A DNA stretch of 64,000 nucleotides from a bacterium (GTDB lineage Bacteria > Bacteroidota > Bacteroidia > NS11-12g > UBA955). Shown one piece after another: positions 59,127-64,000 of this stretch (the stretch's first letter is position 1; each line of letters opens with the position of its first letter). Position numbers and translations under genes: made by a program. The notes beneath the pieces were generated by a model. It was not told the origin of the DNA, made no database searches, and was given only the letters and a program-made list of their open reading frames with translations. The stretch lies in contig JAQSCZ010000120.1 in assembly GCA_029945665.1 (NCBI GenBank), forward strand, positions 1,618 through 65,617, in the 5' to 3' direction.

Positions 59127-62100
59127 GTGAGATTTCTGCTATCCCTTCTTTTTCTTTGCACCTCCGCCCAAATAGTTGCCCAAGGTATCTATACTGAATT
59201 CGGCCAAAGCAGAATTCAAAAGAAAACGATTACATATAGCCTCAAACAAGATAATATAGAAATAATATACTACGAAGGTGGCGAGGCATTGGCGCAATTG
59301 GTATTTAACTATGTCATTAAGCAATTACCCGAATTTGAAACCCGTATTAATTATAATTTGAGCAATGGCGTTAAAATAGTAGTTTACAACAACTTTATAG
59401 ATTACCAAAACAGCAATATTAATCTTACTAATTTCCAACAAAATACAAGTGGCTACTCCTACCTCACGGACAATACCAGCAGTCTCTATTTCTCGGGCAG
59501 CCGCATTGATTTATACAGCCAAATTAGAAGAGCCATTGCCGAAATATTGATTAGCGAATTTATTTATGGTGGCGATTTAAGGGAGCGCATTCAAAACTCA
59601 GCTTTGCTAACACTACCAACATGGTATTATAAAGGTTTGGTTTCCTATTTAGCCGAAAGCTGGAATGTGGAAAACGATAATTATTTAAAAGACTTTCTCC
59701 TAAGTGGTAAAGCAAACACTTTTTCGAGTTTACAGGAAGCAGATGAAATATTGGCCGGACATAGTATTTGGCGTTATTTAGAAGAAAAATATGGTACAGG
59801 TTCTGTTAGCAATGTTGTCTTTATAACCTGCATTGGCCGCAGTGTTGAAAGTGCTTTTAATTATTATACAGGACTTACCATTAATAGTATGCTTAATGAT
59901 TGGGAGCAATTTTATAAAGAAAAATACAGCATCGATGAAAGCACATTTAAATTGCCAAAAGGCCAAGAAAATGTGCCAGACAAATTGGTTAAGAAAAGAA
60001 TTACGCAGTTTAAATTAAGTCCCGATGGAAAACAAATAGCTATTGTTACCAATACCCTTGGCAGATACCAAGTAGTTTTGTACAATGTTAAGACTAAAAA
60101 AAGTAACATAATTTTAAAAGGTGGCCACCAAATATTTAATCAAGAAGCTTCGTACGATTACCCTTTGATTGCTTGGGAAAAAGACGGAAAAGCCATCAGT
60201 GTTATTACCTCTAAAGATCACCAATCCATTCTAACTAAATATAACACCCTCGGAAAAAAGATAAAATCGCTAATATTAGAAAAAGTTCCTTTTATCAAAG
60301 ATTTTACACTGAATACTGATGGCACTGTAATGGTTATGTCTATTATAAGGGGGGATCAATCAGACATCATTACTTATGACCTAAAGAATAAAACGATTCA
60401 GGATATTACAAACGATGTATTCGACGACCTAAATCCGCGATTTTCGTTAAATGACCAAAGTATTCTTTTCTCATCAAATCGAGAATGGCCAAGCAAAACC
60501 CTAACAAACTACTATTCCATATTTGAAATTGAAATAGAACACAAAAGCATAAATTTAATCGCCGGCTATCCCAAGTATTTTTGCAACTATTTTCAACCCA
60601 TTGAATTGCCCAATAATTACATCAGTTTTTTAAGTGATGCCAATGGCATAGTTAACAATTATGTGATAAAACGCGGAGATAATAAAATCATTCAACTTAC
60701 CAATTATAAACGCTCTATTTTATATAACGATGTGGCAACCTCCAATCGCAACATTGCCGACTTGTTGTTCTTTAAAAACCGTTACCGCATATACGTTAGT
60801 GAATTATCAGATAATTTAACAGATGACGAAGTAGATAACCCACGAAACACAGCCTACAGAAACTGGCTAACGGAGACAAAAATAGGTGCTAAAAAAACAG
60901 ATTCCATCGGTCAAAAAGACACTGCAATTAAAAGCAAAAACAATACATTAAAAGACACCATTCCTGCACCTCGTAAAAAAATATTTATAAGTGGTTTCAG
61001 TGAAAAAGATGAAATTAATTTGGAACGAAACCCAGGAGAAAAAACATCACTTGTTAGTATTCAACAAACAAAACTAAATTTCGGGGTCAATTATTCCATA
61101 ACACTTTTCGATAATTCATATCTAAATAATTACCTTTTTCAAGCCAATGTAAACGAGTCAGTTTTTAATAATCCATTTTTATTAAACACCTTGCTACAAG
61201 CTAAAATTACAGATAATTTAAAAAACTACCAATTTGAAGCTGGTGCGCGAATACCTATAAGTATTAAGGCATCCGACTATTTTTTAAAATATACCAACTT
61301 GAGAGGTCGCTGGGATCAATCCATTTTTTTCCACCGCAGGGGCCGCGTATTAGGTACCGAAAATACTGTGAATAGAATGGTTACAGAGATTCTAAAATAT
61401 ACCATTAGTTACCCTTTCAATGAGCGTTCTAAACTCAATATCAATGGCGGTTTAAGACAAGATCGACTCATTTCTTTGGCCACAGATTCTATAACGCTTA
61501 ATAAGCCTACACTCGGCAATGTGTATGTTTCTGGTGGCATTGAGTATGTATATGACAATATACAATACAAGGGTTTGAATATTTTCGAAGGCTTGCGTTT
61601 TAAAATCTATAACGATAATTATATTGGTGCTACTAAAAAGGCCTTGGTTATAAATACTGGTTTTGATGGCCGTTATTATTTAAAATTACACCGTCAAATT
61701 TATTTTGCTACACGATTGAGTGGCGCTTTTTCTTTAGGACCTCAGAAAACGGCTTACTACCTAGGAGGTGTTGAAAATGAAATTGGTCGCGTGGCTTCAA
61801 ATTCCAATTTCAATTACAATATTCCAACCCTGACATCTTCTGAATATAGTTTTCAAACCTTGGTGGCGCCTATGCGGGGCTTTAAACGCAACACCCGAGG
61901 AGGCACTAATTTTGCTGTGTTAAATGCTGAAATGAGAATACCAGTATTAAGCTATTTGATACAAAAACCAATAACCAGCGAATTCTTTCGCAGCATTATG
62001 GTTGTTGGTTTTGTAGATGCAGGTACCGCTTGGTTAGGTAGCTCGCCATTCGACAAGAGCAATCCTTTTAATACCCAAATAGTACAAATGCCTAACTATT

Positions 62101-62264
62101 ACATTACCGTTTCCTCTCAACGCAATCCAATGCTTTATGCAACTGGCATAGGCGTGAGAGCTAAGATACTTTACCATTACATCAAAGTAGACCGCGGTTG
62201 GGGTTATTTAGAGAATAAATTTCTCGCAGGCATGACGACCGTCTCTTATGGGTTAGATTTTTAA
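59127..62264 (+). CDS. Outer-membrane protein: peptidase-like N-domain, TolB-like propeller and Omp85-like barrel
   Basis: LP.WY..G..SY, LSPDGKQIA, NPRFS; C-terminal PMRGF, NAEMRIP, FVDAGTAW, terminal GLDF. Confidence 0.75.
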   Translation: MRFLLSLLFLCTSAQIVAQGIYTEFGQSRIQKKTITYSLKQDNIEIIYYEGGEALAQLVFNYVIKQLPEFETRINYNLSNGVKIVVYNNFIDYQNSNINLTNFQQNTSGYSYLTDNTSSLYFSGSRIDLYSQIRRAIAEILISEFIYGGDLRERIQNSALLTLPTWYYKGLVSYLAESWNVENDNYLKDFLLSGKANTFSSLQEADEILAGHSIWRYLEEKYGTGSVSNVVFITCIGRSVESAFNYYTGLTINSMLNDWEQFYKEKYSIDESTFKLPKGQENVPDKLVKKRITQFKLSPDGKQIAIVTNTLGRYQVVLYNVKTKKSNIILKGGHQIFNQEASYDYPLIAWEKDGKAISVITSKDHQSILTKYNTLGKKIKSLILEKVPFIKDFTLNTDGTVMVMSIIRGDQSDIITYDLKNKTIQDITNDVFDDLNPRFSLNDQSILFSSNREWPSKTLTNYYSIFEIEIEHKSINLIAGYPKYFCNYFQPIELPNNYISFLSDANGIVNNYVIKRGDNKIIQLTNYKRSILYNDVATSNRNIADLLFFKNRYRIYVSELSDNLTDDEVDNPRNTAYRNWLTETKIGAKKTDSIGQKDTAIKSKNNTLKDTIPAPRKKIFISGFSEKDEINLERNPGEKTSLVSIQQTKLNFGVNYSITLFDNSYLNNYLFQANVNESVFNNPFLLNTLLQAKITDNLKNYQFEAGARIPISIKASDYFLKYTNLRGRWDQSIFFHRRGRVLGTENTVNRMVTEILKYTISYPFNERSKLNINGGLRQDRLISLATDSITLNKPTLGNVYVSGGIEYVYDNIQYKGLNIFEGLRFKIYNDNYIGATKKALVINTGFDGRYYLKLHRQIYFATRLSGAFSLGPQKTAYYLGGVENEIGRVASNSNFNYNIPTLTSSEYSFQTLVAPMRGFKRNTRGGTNFAVLNAEMRIPVLSYLIQKPITSEFFRSIMVVGFVDAGTAWLGSSPFDKSNPFNTQIVQMPNYYITVSSQRNPMLYATGIGVRAKILYHYIKVDRGWGYLENKFLAGMTTVSYGLDF

Positions 62265-64000
62265 GCTACCGAAGTACCATTCTCTGCCAATTCATTAGGG
62301 GTTATTAGTTTTAATGAACCATCTAAATTCTTCCCCATTAATATCATGCCGTTCGATTCAATACCTTTGATTTTTCGAGGCGCCAAATTAGCCAAGATCG
62401 TAATTTTTTTACCTATCATACTTTCTGGTGTAAAATCGAGCGCAATACCAGAAACAATTGTTCTTTGTTCGAATCCTAAATCTACTTTTAACTTTAATAA
62501 CTTATCTGCTTTCTCAACCTTCTCAGCCTCTAATACTGTAGCGACTCTCAAATCCATTTTACTAAAATCATCGAAAGTAATTTGTGGTTTAAGGGGTTCT
62601 ATGCTTGCCTCTGTCTTGGTTACAACCGGTGCATTTTCCATGGTTTTCTTTTCTGATTTTTGTTTTAAATTATCCAATTGTAGTTGAATAATATCATCTT
62701 CAATATTTTGAAATAGTAAAGTAGGTTGACTAATTTGATGTCCACTTTCCATTTGAATAAATGCGTTGTTTTGAAACGCTGACTTTTCAAAATTCAACAA
62801 CTCGTATAATTTTTTGGCAGTAAACGGAATAAATGGCTCCATCCACCAAGCCAAGTGGGCCGCCAGTTGCAGGCCATGAAACATCACCGTATCTGTTCTG
62901 GCTTGGTCCGTTTTCACCGTTTTCCAAGGCTCATTATCTGCTAAATATTTATTGCCTGCGCGCGCAATATTCATCATTTCAAATAAGGCTTCTCTGAATT
63001 TAAAGTTCTCAATATTATTGGTTATGGCTTCCTCACATCTCTTAACTTCAGCAATCAAATCCGATTCCTTTTCTGTTGGAGCAACATTCGCAGGCACTTT
63101 GCCATCGTAAAACTTATGAGTAAGCACAGCTATTCTATTAATAAAGTTTCCCAATATAGAAACCAACTCACTGTTATTACGCGTTTGAAAATCCTTCCAA
63201 CTAAAGTCAGCATCCTTAGTTTCGGGTGCAATGGCAGTTAAAACATACCTTAATACATCTTCCTTACCTGGGAAAGTATTAAAATAATCTTCCATCTCTA
63301 CACTCCATTTTCTGCTGGTACTCATTTTATCGCCTTCTAAATTTAAAAATTCATTGGCAGGTACATTATCCGGAACAATATATTTACCAGTAGAATGCAA
63401 CATTGCAGGAAAAATAATACAATGAAAAACAATGTTATCTTTTCCAATAAAATGCAATAAGCGTGTTGAATCATCTTGCCACCAAGTCGCCCAATCGCCT
63501 TCCTTTGCATTTTTAAGGGTTGTATTTTGAGGGTAGGTAAATTCAGTGCGCCCTTCACCCAACTCTTTAAACAAGGCCTTGGTAGCCGAAATATAGCCAA
63601 TCGGTGCATCGAACCATACATAAAGCACTTTGCCTTCTGCATCTTTTAAAGGCACTTTAACGCCCCAATCTAGATCGCGGGTCATGGCGCGAGGCGAAAG
63701 GCCGCCATCTATCCAACTTTTACTTTGACCATATACATTGGTTTTCCAATCATTTTTGTGGCCTTCAACCAACCATTCCTTTAACCATTCTTCTTGATTC
63801 TGTAGTGGCAAATACCAATGTTTGGTTGCTTTCAATATCGGTTTATTGCCCGATATAGTTGAAACAGGATTAATCAATTCTGAAGGACTTAAAGACTTAC
63901 CACATCTTTCGCATTGGTCGCCAAAAGCATTGTCGTAACTACAGTTTGGGCAAGTCCCTTTGATATACCTATCGGCCAAAAAAGTTTGATTTTCTTCATC
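62261..64000 (-). CDS. metG: Methionyl-tRNA synthetase (partial, 5' end beyond the right edge)
   Basis: Zn knuckle CPNC...CERC, YVWFDA, KMSTS, C-terminal tRNA-binding OB domain. Confidence 0.97.
   Translation of the reverse strand, partial: DEENQTFLADRYIKGTCPNCSYDNAFGDQCERCGKSLSPSELINPVSTISGNKPILKATKHWYLPLQNQEEWLKEWLVEGHKNDWKTNVYGQSKSWIDGGLSPRAMTRDLDWGVKVPLKDAEGKVLYVWFDAPIGYISATKALFKELGEGRTEFTYPQNTTLKNAKEGDWATWWQDDSTRLLHFIGKDNIVFHCIIFPAMLHSTGKYIVPDNVPANEFLNLEGDKMSTSRKWSVEMEDYFNTFPGKEDVLRYVLTAIAPETKDADFSWKDFQTRNNSELVSILGNFINRIAVLTHKFYDGKVPANVAPTEKESDLIAEVKRCEEAITNNIENFKFREALFEMMNIARAGNKYLADNEPWKTVKTDQARTDTVMFHGLQLAAHLAWWMEPFIPFTAKKLYELLNFEKSAFQNNAFIQMESGHQISQPTLLFQNIEDDIIQLQLDNLKQKSEKKTMENAPVVTKTEASIEPLKPQITFDDFSKMDLRVATVLEAEKVEKADKLLKLKVDLGFEQRTIVSGIALDFTPESMIGKKITILANLAPRKIKGIESNGMILMGKNLDGSLKLITPNELAENGTSVA

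Noticed and set aside
5283-63642. Many short antisense or alternate-frame ORFs within maeB, ftcD, the ABC genes, psd, pnt, the cyclase and metG
   Set aside because: They are shadow ORFs of well-supported genes

Overview
AT-rich Bacteroidota chromosomal segment, judged from the type IX secretion (T9SS) C-terminal domains and TAnnTTTG promoter elements. Most of it is housekeeping and envelope genes: maeB, ftcD, nfuA-like, LytS/LytTR, KirBac, mnmA, mtgA, gdhA, psd, tRNA-Leu(GAG), pntA1/A2/B, gmhA, an Omp85-like protein and partial metG. Three accessory zones interrupt these. (1) Positions 1-3263 hold the main signal: a same-strand array of gene cassettes (T9SS protein tail, YD-repeat protein, intact higBA, doubly inactivated mazEF). 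They are separated by 115-135 nt imperfect palindromes with attC-like TAAC...GTT ends, and the two ends of each cassette are complementary, as expected for integron-type circular cassettes. No integrase lies in the window. (2) About 26.7-33.9 kb is a secreted/lipoprotein island with a 685-bp apparently identical duplication. (3) About 46-50.5 kb holds eroded attC-like sites, a T9SS blue-copper protein and a glycosyltransferase pair. Several structured non-coding repeats are also present. All calls come from reading the sequence and ORF track by eye; no searches were run.
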